DNA of 57,014 nucleotides from a virus (Duplodnaviria; Caudoviricetes): IMG/VR virus record IMGVR_UViG_3300005805_000106, positions 1 to 57,014 of that record; one strand, 5' to 3'. Shown piece by piece: positions 47,850 to 57,014 of this stretch (position 1 is its first letter; each line of letters starts with the position of its first letter). The notes under the pieces were generated by a model. It saw only the letters and a program-made list of their open reading frames with translations, ran no database searches and was not told where the DNA came from. The position numbers and the translations under genes were made by a program.

Positions 47850-47964
47850 ATGTTAGATACTAAATCTAAACAATCAAAACAATAGTCAAAAGATGTAGTG
47901 ATGCCGAAAGTTTGATACATAAATTGACACCACCCGGCGTTTTTGCCCGACTATTGTGACCGGC

Positions 47965-48306
47965 ATGGCAAATAGCAAAAAACCACAGACAGCAAAAAAT
48001 ACCCCAGCCAAAAAGGCGGCTGTAAAAAAGACCGCTGCAAAGAAGCAGGCTGCAAAGAAGGCTCCGGCCAAGAAGCAGGCTGCTCCGAAGAAAAAGGCTG
48101 AGCCAAAGGCAGTGAATGAGGACACGGCGCTCCACGAGGCCGCCCACGAACTTCACGCGAAACTGGTAGACCCGATTGTCAGCGAGGCGCTAAGCAAGGT
48201 TGGTATTTCCTTCGATTCGTCATCCGACAATGAAATCCGCGTTGACACGGTTAAGGCCAAGGGGTTTATTAAGCGACTTTTCTCTCGGCCAAAGAAGTCG
48301 AAGTAG
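47965..48306 (+). CDS. Histone H1-like (PAKK/AAKK repeat) protein
   Basis: TPAKKAAVKKTAAKKQAAKKAPAKKQAAPKKK. Confidence 0.7.
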   Translation: MANSKKPQTAKNTPAKKAAVKKTAAKKQAAKKAPAKKQAAPKKKAEPKAVNEDTALHEAAHELHAKLVDPIVSEALSKVGISFDSSSDNEIRVDTVKAKGFIKRLFSRPKKSK

Positions 48307-48318
48307 ACTAACTGCGCT

Positions 48319-48729
48319 GTGACGACCGAGCATAGAAAAGCTCCGCGTCGAAAAATAACAAGCATTGAAAAAACTGGCGGATGGGGCAATGTCTCCTACG
48401 TCCACCACCTTTCGTGCGGTCATGCTGAAAGCAGAAAGCGCGCAGCAACAACTGGCGAAATAGCGTGTGTTTGGTGCCTTCGCGCAGAGCAAAAAAATGA
48501 AGAAATAAAGGCGCTTGTGCGCATAGCACCGCTTCCCCCAGTAGAGCCGAGCCTTGCAGATGAAGAAGTAAAGATAGAGAAAACACGCGCCGCAATCTCT
48601 ATCAGATTCGGTGTTCCGCTCGATGCTGTAGATATTTCCGTGGAGGACGTTGCTGGAAATCTTCAAATTCGAAGCGCAACAATTTATCTTTCCGCGCAGG
48701 ATGTGGCGCGCGCCACCGATAATCGCTAG
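48319..48729 (+). CDS. Hypothetical protein with putative Zn-binding motif
   Basis: LSCGH...ACVWC. Confidence 0.6.
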   Translation: MTTEHRKAPRRKITSIEKTGGWGNVSYVHHLSCGHAESRKRAATTGEIACVWCLRAEQKNEEIKALVRIAPLPPVEPSLADEEVKIEKTRAAISIRFGVPLDAVDISVEDVAGNLQIRSATIYLSAQDVARATDNR

Positions 48730-48766
48730 TCTGTGCGGACAGCACGACGAGAAGGGAAAACTAATC

Positions 48767-49075
48767 GTGAATTCATCAGAGACCGTCAAACCACCAACCG
48801 ACGGTGCGTGTGTTGGCCATGACACAAACATTTGGTTCCCCAGGGCAGATGACCATAAATCGCCCACCTATAAAGAGAGCTATCGCAAGGCGCGGGCAAA
48901 CTCCATCAAGGCGATAGAAATTTGCAATACGTGCCACTGCCGTCGTCAGTGCCTTGACTATGCGCTCCACCATGAAGCGCATGGGATTTGGGGCGGAAAA
49001 ACAGAGCGTGAACGAGAGGTGCTTAGGCGCCGACTCAACATCCAATTGCGTACTATCAGCATCTATACTGCCTAG
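48767..49075 (+). CDS. whiB: WhiB-family transcription factor
   Basis: GAC..WFP..AIEICNTCHCRRQCLDYAL..GIWGG.TERER. Confidence 0.92.
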   Translation: MNSSETVKPPTDGACVGHDTNIWFPRADDHKSPTYKESYRKARANSIKAIEICNTCHCRRQCLDYALHHEAHGIWGGKTEREREVLRRRLNIQLRTISIYTA

Positions 49076-49089
49076 CCGGTGAATCAAAA

Positions 49090-50901
49090 TTGGATATTTC
49101 TGACCAGACAGAAAACTTTCTATCCCGCCTAGACGGCGTAAGGCGTGCTGGGGCTGGCTGGGTTGCCCGCTGTCCATGCAGAAACGACGATAGCAATCCA
49201 TCGCTGTCAATAGGACAGGGGGATGACGGGCGTGTTCTGGTCACCTGCCATCGCGGAATTTCCTGCAACGTCGAGGAGATTTGTTCAGCAGTTGGACTTA
49301 AGGTGTCTGACCTAATGGTGCCGGATAGGGATGCAAACCCCCAAAGTGTGCCGAAACCCAAGAGCCCGCCCCCAGCTCCGCGTGCAGTGGAGCAACAGGT
49401 GCGGAGTGCGACCCCACAGTCAAAACCAAAATTTGTTGAATCGTATGACTATTTAGACGAGCACGGAGCGTTACTATTCCAAAAATTGCGCTATATCGAC
49501 GAGGATGGAAAAAAGACTTTTAGACAGCGTAAGCCAGATGGAAATGGTGGCTGGGAGTGGTCTCTCGGCGAAACACCAAAGGTGCTCTACAACCTGCCAA
49601 TGGTTCTCCAGGCAAAGCAGGACGGATATCCAATATGGCTCGTAGAGGGCGAGAAGGACGCTGACACCCTCTCCAATATGGGCCTTGTGGCCACAACAAT
49701 GCCGGGTGGTGCGGGAAAGTGGCTCGATATTCATACCGAGGCCCTAGCTGGCGCGCTGGTTGAAATTGTTGCCGACAATGATGAAGTTGGAATTAAGCAC
49801 GCGCGCACCGTTAAAAAAGAGCTCGACGTAGCGGGATGTGATGCCCAAATATGGATATCGCCGACATTTAAAGACATTACAGACCACATTAACGGCGGAA
49901 TGTCGCTGGATGAGCTGAATGAGTTGGGGGAGGAGGATGATTATGAAGTTGAGCCGTTCACTGAGCATCAACCCCAAATCCCGCAAGACGAATTATCGCC
50001 AGAAGAACAGGCCATCCAGAGGCTAAGAGAACTCCTGGATAGGGATGACCTAAATACAAAACAGAAAATAGTTAAAAGCAATCTCATACTCGCTGGCTCA
50101 ACTGTTAGTTTTGTCCTTGACACTGGAAGGCTTGTTCAGTGGAACGACTTTTTGGCAGAAGCAACAGCGGAAACGTATGACTGGGTAATACCCGGTCTGT
50201 TGGAAAAATCAGAGAGAGTCATCGTTGTTGCGGCGGAGGGTGTGGGCAAAACGATGCTGGCTCGCCAGGTGGCAATACTTTCATCGGCTGGCATCCATCC
50301 ATTTTCGTTTCAGCCAATGAAGCCCATAGTTACGCTCACGGTTGACCTGGAAAACCCGGATAAAATCATCAGAAGAACGTCGAGGTCTATTGCCTCCCAG
50401 GCGATGCATCTTGGTCGCACTACGCGCCTGAGCGCACACCTGCTGACAAAACCATCTGGAATGGACCTTCTCAAGGCTACGGATAGGTCAATTCTCGAGC
50501 AGGCGCTGGACGAAATTAAACCAGACATGCTGGTAATTGGGCCGTTATATAAGTCATTTGTTGACCCGGGTGGCAGGACGTCGGAGTCTGTTGCGCTAGA
50601 AATAGCAAAATACCTGGACACAATAAGAACTGTCTATAGGTGTGCTCTATGGATTGAACATCATGCACCCCTTGGCACAAGCATAACAACCAGGGATTTG
50701 CGCCCATTTGGTTCCGCCGTTTGGTCGCGCTGGCCGGAATTCGGAATTTCTCTTCAACCAGACCCAATGGCGATGGGTGCATATGTGTACGATGTAAGAC
50801 ATTTCCGTGGTGCACGTGACGAGCGCAATTGGCCCACTAAAATGAAAAGAGGAACTAAGTTTCCCTTTGAAGTTTTAGAGTGGGTTAATGTGCCAAAATG
50901 A
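49090..50901 (+). CDS. Primase-helicase (Zn finger + TOPRIM + RepA/AAA_25-type helicase)
   Basis: ARCPC..CHRGISC; LVEGEKDAD, VADND; AAEGVGKT, VDLEN, RPFGSAVW. Confidence 0.88.
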   Translation: MDISDQTENFLSRLDGVRRAGAGWVARCPCRNDDSNPSLSIGQGDDGRVLVTCHRGISCNVEEICSAVGLKVSDLMVPDRDANPQSVPKPKSPPPAPRAVEQQVRSATPQSKPKFVESYDYLDEHGALLFQKLRYIDEDGKKTFRQRKPDGNGGWEWSLGETPKVLYNLPMVLQAKQDGYPIWLVEGEKDADTLSNMGLVATTMPGGAGKWLDIHTEALAGALVEIVADNDEVGIKHARTVKKELDVAGCDAQIWISPTFKDITDHINGGMSLDELNELGEEDDYEVEPFTEHQPQIPQDELSPEEQAIQRLRELLDRDDLNTKQKIVKSNLILAGSTVSFVLDTGRLVQWNDFLAEATAETYDWVIPGLLEKSERVIVVAAEGVGKTMLARQVAILSSAGIHPFSFQPMKPIVTLTVDLENPDKIIRRTSRSIASQAMHLGRTTRLSAHLLTKPSGMDLLKATDRSILEQALDEIKPDMLVIGPLYKSFVDPGGRTSESVALEIAKYLDTIRTVYRCALWIEHHAPLGTSITTRDLRPFGSAVWSRWPEFGISLQPDPMAMGAYVYDVRHFRGARDERNWPTKMKRGTKFPFEVLEWVNVPK

Positions 50902-51554
50902 GCGATAACAAGCCAAAGCCAATTACAACAAAAGAATTCCTGAGTGAACGCGATATGCGTATCTTCAAGATGCGGCAGGCTGGCACGTCGGTAAATGAGA
51001 TAGCCAGGAGATTCGGGGTGTCAACATCCTCCGTATCAAGGGCCATACAAAGACAGCTTGAAAAGATGAACCGCGAGGCAATACTTGCCTACCCGGAAGT
51101 TTTAAGGTTGGAGCTAGAGCGCCTTGACAACCTCCAGCAGGCAATTTGGCCCATGACGCAACACCGGAGGGTTGTGCTTGACGACGGAACAGAAATGCAA
51201 GTCGAGCCAGACCTAAAGGCAATACAGCAGGTTTTGTCCATAATGGACAGGCGGACAAAGCTTCTCGGCATGGAGCAAACGAACGTGAACGTTCAGGTGG
51301 AGGCATCAAATACTCAAACAGTTCGTGCCGTTATAGCCGGACAGCCTAGCCTGAATCAACCAGCCACCGGATTTGATGCTGAATCCGAAGCCAAGAAATT
51401 ATTGCAACTTATGGCAATATCTGGCGTTCTTCCGGATGAAACAGTTAAAGCAATTCTTGGAAAAGAAAGTGCAGACATAATTGATGCTGAAATAGTAGCG
51501 ATAGAGGGGGAGGATGAGGAATATGATGATGTTTCATATGAACCAGAGGATTAA
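50898..51554 (+). CDS. HTH protein, candidate terminase small subunit
   Basis: MRQAGTSVNEIARRFGVSTSSV HTH; LELERLD..DLKAI..IMDRRTKLLG. Confidence 0.55.
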   Translation: MSDNKPKPITTKEFLSERDMRIFKMRQAGTSVNEIARRFGVSTSSVSRAIQRQLEKMNREAILAYPEVLRLELERLDNLQQAIWPMTQHRRVVLDDGTEMQVEPDLKAIQQVLSIMDRRTKLLGMEQTNVNVQVEASNTQTVRAVIAGQPSLNQPATGFDAESEAKKLLQLMAISGVLPDETVKAILGKESADIIDAEIVAIEGEDEEYDDVSYEPED

Positions 51555-51556
51555 CA

Positions 51557-51868
51557 ATGACCGGCAACGATGACAATATTGAATCAGCAATGGCTAGAGT
51601 TGCCGAAACAATAAATAAATCGGTGTCACCAATTGTAAAGACCGATGACGGTCCAGCTGATAAACAGGTTTTAATCAGAACAACAGAATATGAAAGGGAG
51701 AGATGGAAGCAGGCTTCCGAGTCTGAACAAATAACACTTTCTGCCTGGATTAGGAATATATTAAACGCAGAGGCGACTAGAATACTTGAATGCGACCACC
51801 CAATGAATATGGTCAGATTTTACCCATGGTCAAAAGTCTGCACAAAATGTGGAAAGCGTTTAAAGTAG
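51557..51868 (+). CDS. Ribbon-helix-helix-like regulator with C-terminal Cys/His cluster
   Basis: QVLIRTTEYERERWKQAS..TLSAWIRNILN; CDH..CTKC. Confidence 0.6.
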   Translation: MTGNDDNIESAMARVAETINKSVSPIVKTDDGPADKQVLIRTTEYERERWKQASESEQITLSAWIRNILNAEATRILECDHPMNMVRFYPWSKVCTKCGKRLK

Positions 51869-51915
51869 CAAAAGAGCCACAAAATGAGCCAATTTTAACG
51901 TATTATTACTAGGCA

Positions 51916-54900
51916 ATGGATTCTAATAATAACCATCCAGATTTCCCAATAGACGATAGTCATACTGGCCGCTTCACCGAACAGGAGGAGAAGGCTGCTC
52001 CGGGACGTCTTGGCAAATACCTTGCTTCCAGGCTCATAGATAAGCCGAGTATTGGCGACCTGCGTGGCCGCCGACGTGGGCGCAGGGATGGTTTTGATAT
52101 CGACATCCCCACAGGTGGGAAACCAGGAACAAGGACGCCAACCGGCTCAAGACGCGACCCCGACAATGACGGCTGGGCAGACGAAGGGACAACCAGGCCA
52201 GTCTGGGTTGGTATTGACGGGCAACAAACACCATCATCAGACGCGGAGACACGGCCCACGCCCGAGCCCCCCAAAACGCTCTCATCCGGCGCTAGCGCAG
52301 CTGAAAAAACACTGATTGAGCGTGCTAAAAGAGCTGGAGTAGACCTGTCTCTATTTTTTGACACATCAACCGACGATGACGACGTATCTGAGGCAACATC
52401 AGAGTGGTCGCTTTCAAAGTCCGGCAAGCAGATGGCCGGAGACGTTGTTGTAATCAGAGATGATGAAAATGGGAAAGCACAGCTACTAACTATTACTAGA
52501 ACTCGCGGACCGTTCCGTGGTGCGCTTGCCCTCCCCGGTGGGATGTTCGACGAAGAGAAAGACAATCTACTATCGGATACGCCACTTAGGGAAATGGAAG
52601 AAGAGGTTAACCTAAAGGCATCCGACGCATATGCGGTGTCGATTCTTGGAATTCTTGATTCACCATTGTGGGACCCGCGCTTTGTTGATGGCGTTAGGGT
52701 TGCGGGAACATCGGTTAAGTTTAACTACGAAGAATCGCTTTCTGCACAAGCGGGAGATGATGCTTCTAAATTTGAATGGGTAGATATCGAGGACATATCT
52801 CTCGGCAAGCATAAAATTGCATTTGAGCATGCGAAATGGCTTGCGATGGCGTATGCCAGCGACCCAATACTTGGAACGCGGTTTCGCATACTTGCCGATG
52901 CGTCAACCCTGCGCAATGCACGTTTAATATCAAAAATAAATGATGTTAGGGAAAAGTTGGGTTTCCCACAGTTTAGTCGCGAACGCATAGAGGCGGCTCT
53001 TGCCAAGCGTGGCGTCTCGGCAGCGGATGTGGCCAGGGTGGTCAACGCAATGGATTCTCGTGGATTCTTTGTTCTGCTGAAAGATTTGCTAGACCAATCA
53101 CCAACACCAAAACAACAGGAAATAATTATTGATTCGATAGCCGATTCAGTAAGACGACTTTTGGGTGAGTTTTACGAAAAGCGTAACCGTTCGTTTAGTG
53201 ATGAATTTTCCGATGGACTGGGAGATGAGCTAATTGATTCACTCTCAATACACATTACGACAGATGGAATGCCCGTTATAACTGGATTGCCGATTCCACA
53301 AATAGCAAAACATATTCCAGATAAAAGAGATTGGCGCGATGTTGAATTACCGCCAGCAAGCGTAGTCGACGAAGTCATTGAATACGCCAAAAACCACACA
53401 CTCTATTTTGATAGAGCCCGTAGCGCCTGGCTAGACAGAAGTGGGAATCTTGTTGCCACTGTAACTGGTGATTCATCAAATCCACTTGATTGGGTGAGCG
53501 AGGAAGCAAAAGAAAAATATCCAAACCTTCTGACATACACGAAAAATGGAGAATTGCCGTCTCTACAGTCAGACATGGGTGATTTCGGATATCCAGCGCT
53601 ATCAAGGTCATTGAAAAAAATAGGGGGTGCGCCCGGTACTCCCATTAAAACACTAGATGAGCAAATTAAAGAACTTGACGAGATGTCAGATGATGAATTC
53701 AGCACATCGATAGCCAAACAAGGTGGGCTACCGAATAAAAAAATTCTGATGGCGTGGCTGAAGTGGGACAAATTTATATCTCAAGATATTGCAAGACGTG
53801 TCGGCCGCGATTTTGGCAAGGAAGAAATGTTTGTGCGCGGTGCACCGGGACGGGTCAGGGGTAATGACAGTGGTGGTTTTGCGGGTGCATATATACGTGG
53901 ACTGACTAATCCTGCGCAATTTGATTTGGCAATCGCTGGAGATGCACTCCAGGAATATCACGACCTATTTGGCCATATCGGAATTGGCCGTTCTTTTGAC
54001 AGACATGGAGAATGGGCTAATGACCTAGCGATGTTTTCTCTTATGGACCACCCGGAATCACCACTTAACGATGATGAAAAACGACTATTAAAACACCTTT
54101 ATTTTACGATGTATTCATCTACGCGACTATACATCGGTCGGTTTAATGAGCGGAGAGAGGAAACAGAATCTTTATCGCCGAGTCAACGTTCCGCATTGTC
54201 TGATGCAATAAATCCGCTACCAGGAAAGTTTGACGGGCGAGTCACCGATGAGCGCAGAGACACAATTTTTGCCGGAGATATCAATGACGTAATAAAAATG
54301 CTCGACGAAGCATCAATGCCGAGCCGTTTGTCATCCGGTAGAACACGAATTGTCGATGCCAATATTGACGACATAGTTCTGGCGCAAGCGCAGGATGCTA
54401 TCGGTGCATACATGCGCAAAAACATGTTCGATGGAGAAAATAATTATGATGTAGTTGATTCACTGCGTCTATCGTCCGGAGATAGACCACGCTTCCCACG
54501 GCAGCCAGCGTATGGGCCGATGCTTGGTCGCGCTGAGCAGGTTTTCGCCGGCGTTTCCACATGGGAAGAATTTCTAGATAGATACAACAACACAGACATA
54601 GTCTTCCTCGACTACGAAACAACTGGTTTAGTAAACGATGAATTCGGCGAATTGATGGGCCGTGGAATGCCAGTTCAAATAGGCGCAGTACGTATGCGTA
54701 ACGGAAAAGTTGTCGACAGATTTAACACCTATGTAAACCCGGGGGAACTGCTTGGTGAGTGGTCGCGTAATAACCTAAAACGCCAAGATGGCTCACCATT
54801 AACGGATGAATTTCTGGAAGAACAAATATCACAGTTGACCGCCCACCAGAAACTTGCCGAGTTCATAGGCGATTCAATAATTGGCGTTCAATACGCTCCA

Positions 54901-57014
54901 TTTGATAAAAACGTACTAGAAGATGCCCTGAGTGTTGAGGGCATCGACTGGAGGCCATCTGGGTATATAGATACCAATGCATTTGCGGAACTAGCCCTGC
55001 CTGTGTGGAGCCCTGAATCACCAGACGGACCGCGTACTATTGATGGAAACGGGATAGTAAAGCCATCAACAAGCCTGAAGGCTATTACTGAATACCTTGA
55101 AGTTGACCTAGGTGATAAACACCATCGCGCCGACGAGGATGCATTCGCAACAGCAATGGTGATGCAGCGGATGATTGAACGCGCTGTTGAGTCCGGTCAC
55201 AAAACCGACGCCTTGGACAAAACAAAAAGAGACAAGCATTTTGCCAATAGAAAAGCTGAATGGCTTGAGACGGTTGAAGAGTTCAGGGTATCAAAAGAAT
55301 CTTATTTAGATGCAACTAGCAGACGACAGGAGAGACTTTCTTCCGGTCTTGGCCGTCGTCTTGGTATCACCAGAAGAGGACAGGCCGGAAAAGTACGAAC
55401 AGACAGAAACAAGTCATATAAGTACGGCGATAAAGATAACAGCGGTAAAGAGATAAGAAAAACCTCCACCACATGGCTAAAGGGCCTTACTGAGGAGCAG
55501 ATGGCAAGCGTTCTTGTTCCATCAACAGAAGATGAAATGATACAAATGTGGGCTGACGATTTTGCCCCAGGATGGCGCGACCTTGACGGCGGAAAGCAGT
55601 TCCTCGTTTACTTCAAACAGCAGCTGGAGAAATTCCCAGTTATGCGCCCGGATTTTTCTGAAGAGAGGGTCACGGCGATAAGAAATCTTGTGGCCGATAC
55701 ATTGAAATCAAACAAACAGCTGAGATGGTTATTTGAAAACTTCGGTGCGCCAAACTTCTTTATTAGCGAAGACGATGGCTGGAATTGGTATGAAAACCAG
55801 CCAGAAGTATTTGAAGCGCTTGAGGAGTTGCGCGTATCGCGTGGCTTAACAGAAAGACCATATACACGCGGCATCTCCCTGCCAGCAATTGACGCAATCG
55901 CATTTAACAGCAGGGCTGTCATTGACAGAGAATCTCCCGTACCAGGACGGCAGTTATCCCTACTAATGTCAGAACAAGACGAAGTCATACCAGGTGATAC
56001 ACATATATCGCAAGCCCTTTCGGCTCTGCTCATCCACGAATATGGCCACTGGCTTGTCGGTCGTGCGTCTGAAGACAGCGAAGTTAGCGAAACAAATAGG
56101 GGCAGGTCGTACTACGGTAGCGGAAAACTAAGTGACCCACGATATGCCATGGCAATGGACACATGGGCACAATATGTTGACGAAAATCCCGAAAATGACG
56201 AGAAACTATTGCGTTCATTTGAATCCGGCATACACATGGATAGGACGCCAGAATTACCCAGATTGACGACGTCATACGGTCACACTTCATATGCCGAAGC
56301 GTTTGCGGAAGGTTTAGTTGCCGTTCTTCACCCCAATAGGGAAGTTCAACTCCGTCACATAAATAAAAAACTGCGTGACGATGTATACACGATGATGGGT
56401 GGCGACGAAAACTTTAAGCCTTGGGATGATGCGCCAGAAAGACTGGCGTCCGGCTTGTCAAGCGACGTAAGAGACGAGCGCCGTCAAAAAATAAGAGCAG
56501 CCCTCAGACAGTTAGTTGATACTTCTAGATTTAATAACGTTAATCGCGGTGATTCGGGCTCAGAGGAAAGGGCGCGGGCTGAAGATAGACGCAGTTCGGT
56601 GCGCGCAAAGCTGGCGGAAATTTTTAGCGCCGTTGGACTAGAACGGCATTCTGGGGATGCCGATAAAGCAATGGTTGATGCCGATGCAGTTGATTTAGTT
56701 AGAACACGCTCCACGCTAACTTCGCCACATGTTGCAGGAACTATAGGGACAATGACGTCGGACACAATAGCGAGTTTATTAAAATCAAATGTTGCACATA
56801 CAATATCCGAAACACTTCCATATAGCGTCGAAGAGATAATCGACATACTTGAGACGGAAGAAAATGACCCATTGGGCCTAGTTTCGCTCAGTTTTGACGG
56901 CCCTACATTTAATGCTCTTCGCGGATATCAATTGTCTTCGCTTGGATACATAAGGGATAGCAATAATCAAATAATATCCGAAAGCACACTTTCGAGCGTC
57001 GAGCAGGTAAGGAC
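51916..57014 (+). CDS. Giant polyvalent protein (partial, >1699 aa): Nudix hydrolase, HDxxGH domain, DEDDh exonuclease, zincin
   Basis: Hand-translated from ATG 51916, frame checked at several points: ALPGG..REMEEEVNL (52528-52614); HDLFGH..FDRHGE (53959); FLDYETTGL..PFD..HHRADED (about 54604-55140); IHEYGH..YAEAFAE (from 56032). Absent from the ORF track because it runs off the edge. Confidence 0.85.
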   Translation, partial: MDSNNNHPDFPIDDSHTGRFTEQEEKAAPGRLGKYLASRLIDKPSIGDLRGRRRGRRDGFDIDIPTGGKPGTRTPTGSRRDPDNDGWADEGTTRPVWVGIDGQQTPSSDAETRPTPEPPKTLSSGASAAEKTLIERAKRAGVDLSLFFDTSTDDDDVSEATSEWSLSKSGKQMAGDVVVIRDDENGKAQLLTITRTRGPFRGALALPGGMFDEEKDNLLSDTPLREMEEEVNLKASDAYAVSILGILDSPLWDPRFVDGVRVAGTSVKFNYEESLSAQAGDDASKFEWVDIEDISLGKHKIAFEHAKWLAMAYASDPILGTRFRILADASTLRNARLISKINDVREKLGFPQFSRERIEAALAKRGVSAADVARVVNAMDSRGFFVLLKDLLDQSPTPKQQEIIIDSIADSVRRLLGEFYEKRNRSFSDEFSDGLGDELIDSLSIHITTDGMPVITGLPIPQIAKHIPDKRDWRDVELPPASVVDEVIEYAKNHTLYFDRARSAWLDRSGNLVATVTGDSSNPLDWVSEEAKEKYPNLLTYTKNGELPSLQSDMGDFGYPALSRSLKKIGGAPGTPIKTLDEQIKELDEMSDDEFSTSIAKQGGLPNKKILMAWLKWDKFISQDIARRVGRDFGKEEMFVRGAPGRVRGNDSGGFAGAYIRGLTNPAQFDLAIAGDALQEYHDLFGHIGIGRSFDRHGEWANDLAMFSLMDHPESPLNDDEKRLLKHLYFTMYSSTRLYIGRFNERREETESLSPSQRSALSDAINPLPGKFDGRVTDERRDTIFAGDINDVIKMLDEASMPSRLSSGRTRIVDANIDDIVLAQAQDAIGAYMRKNMFDGENNYDVVDSLRLSSGDRPRFPRQPAYGPMLGRAEQVFAGVSTWEEFLDRYNNTDIVFLDYETTGLVNDEFGELMGRGMPVQIGAVRMRNGKVVDRFNTYVNPGELLGEWSRNNLKRQDGSPLTDEFLEEQISQLTAHQKLAEFIGDSIIGVQYAPFDKNVLEDALSVEGIDWRPSGYIDTNAFAELALPVWSPESPDGPRTIDGNGIVKPSTSLKAITEYLEVDLGDKHHRADEDAFATAMVMQRMIERAVESGHKTDALDKTKRDKHFANRKAEWLETVEEFRVSKESYLDATSRRQERLSSGLGRRLGITRRGQAGKVRTDRNKSYKYGDKDNSGKEIRKTSTTWLKGLTEEQMASVLVPSTEDEMIQMWADDFAPGWRDLDGGKQFLVYFKQQLEKFPVMRPDFSEERVTAIRNLVADTLKSNKQLRWLFENFGAPNFFISEDDGWNWYENQPEVFEALEELRVSRGLTERPYTRGISLPAIDAIAFNSRAVIDRESPVPGRQLSLLMSEQDEVIPGDTHISQALSALLIHEYGHWLVGRASEDSEVSETNRGRSYYGSGKLSDPRYAMAMDTWAQYVDENPENDEKLLRSFESGIHMDRTPELPRLTTSYGHTSYAEAFAEGLVAVLHPNREVQLRHINKKLRDDVYTMMGGDENFKPWDDAPERLASGLSSDVRDERRQKIRAALRQLVDTSRFNNVNRGDSGSEERARAEDRRSSVRAKLAEIFSAVGLERHSGDADKAMVDADAVDLVRTRSTLTSPHVAGTIGTMTSDTIASLLKSNVAHTISETLPYSVEEIIDILETEENDPLGLVSLSFDGPTFNALRGYQLSSLGYIRDSNNQIISESTLSSVEQVR

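Noticed and set aside
19639-56454. RLSSG copies as a DNA repeat, DGR target or recombination cassette site
   Set aside because: Nucleotide sequences differ at synonymous positions, and no reverse transcriptase or recombinase is in the window
408-56846. Numerous 60-200 aa ORFs antisense or out of frame to long genes
   Set aside because: Shadow ORFs of well-supported genes, with no motifs or RBS
1-57014. Stop-codon reassignment
   Set aside because: The standard code gives dense, intact genes ending in TAA, TAG and TGA, and there is no suppressor tRNA

Overview
A 57-kb segment of a large tailed dsDNA phage: contractile tail, HK97-fold capsid, and a WhiB gene pointing to an actinobacterial host. 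The left minus-strand arm carries a truncated tape measure gene, a frameshifting tail chaperone, tube, sheath and neck genes, an IbrA/IbrB-like PP-loop + ParB trio, recombination genes and TerL. The central plus-strand block runs from portal to major capsid and is inflated by giant polyvalent proteins. On the right are tRNA-Arg(UCU), class II RNR, WhiB, a primase-helicase and a third giant ORF that runs off the window. The main candidate system is three giant multi-enzyme proteins (3442 aa, 2429 aa, >1699 aa) punctuated by an R-L-[S/A]-S-G peptide. I count 15 copies, one of them in the tape measure protein, written with varied synonymous codons and often lying at domain boundaries. One giant is fused to the prohead protease through an A11 slippery run, and two share an N-terminal module. 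This suggests a capsid-packaged, proteolytically processed cargo polyprotein system. All domain calls are motif recognition by eye, not database results.
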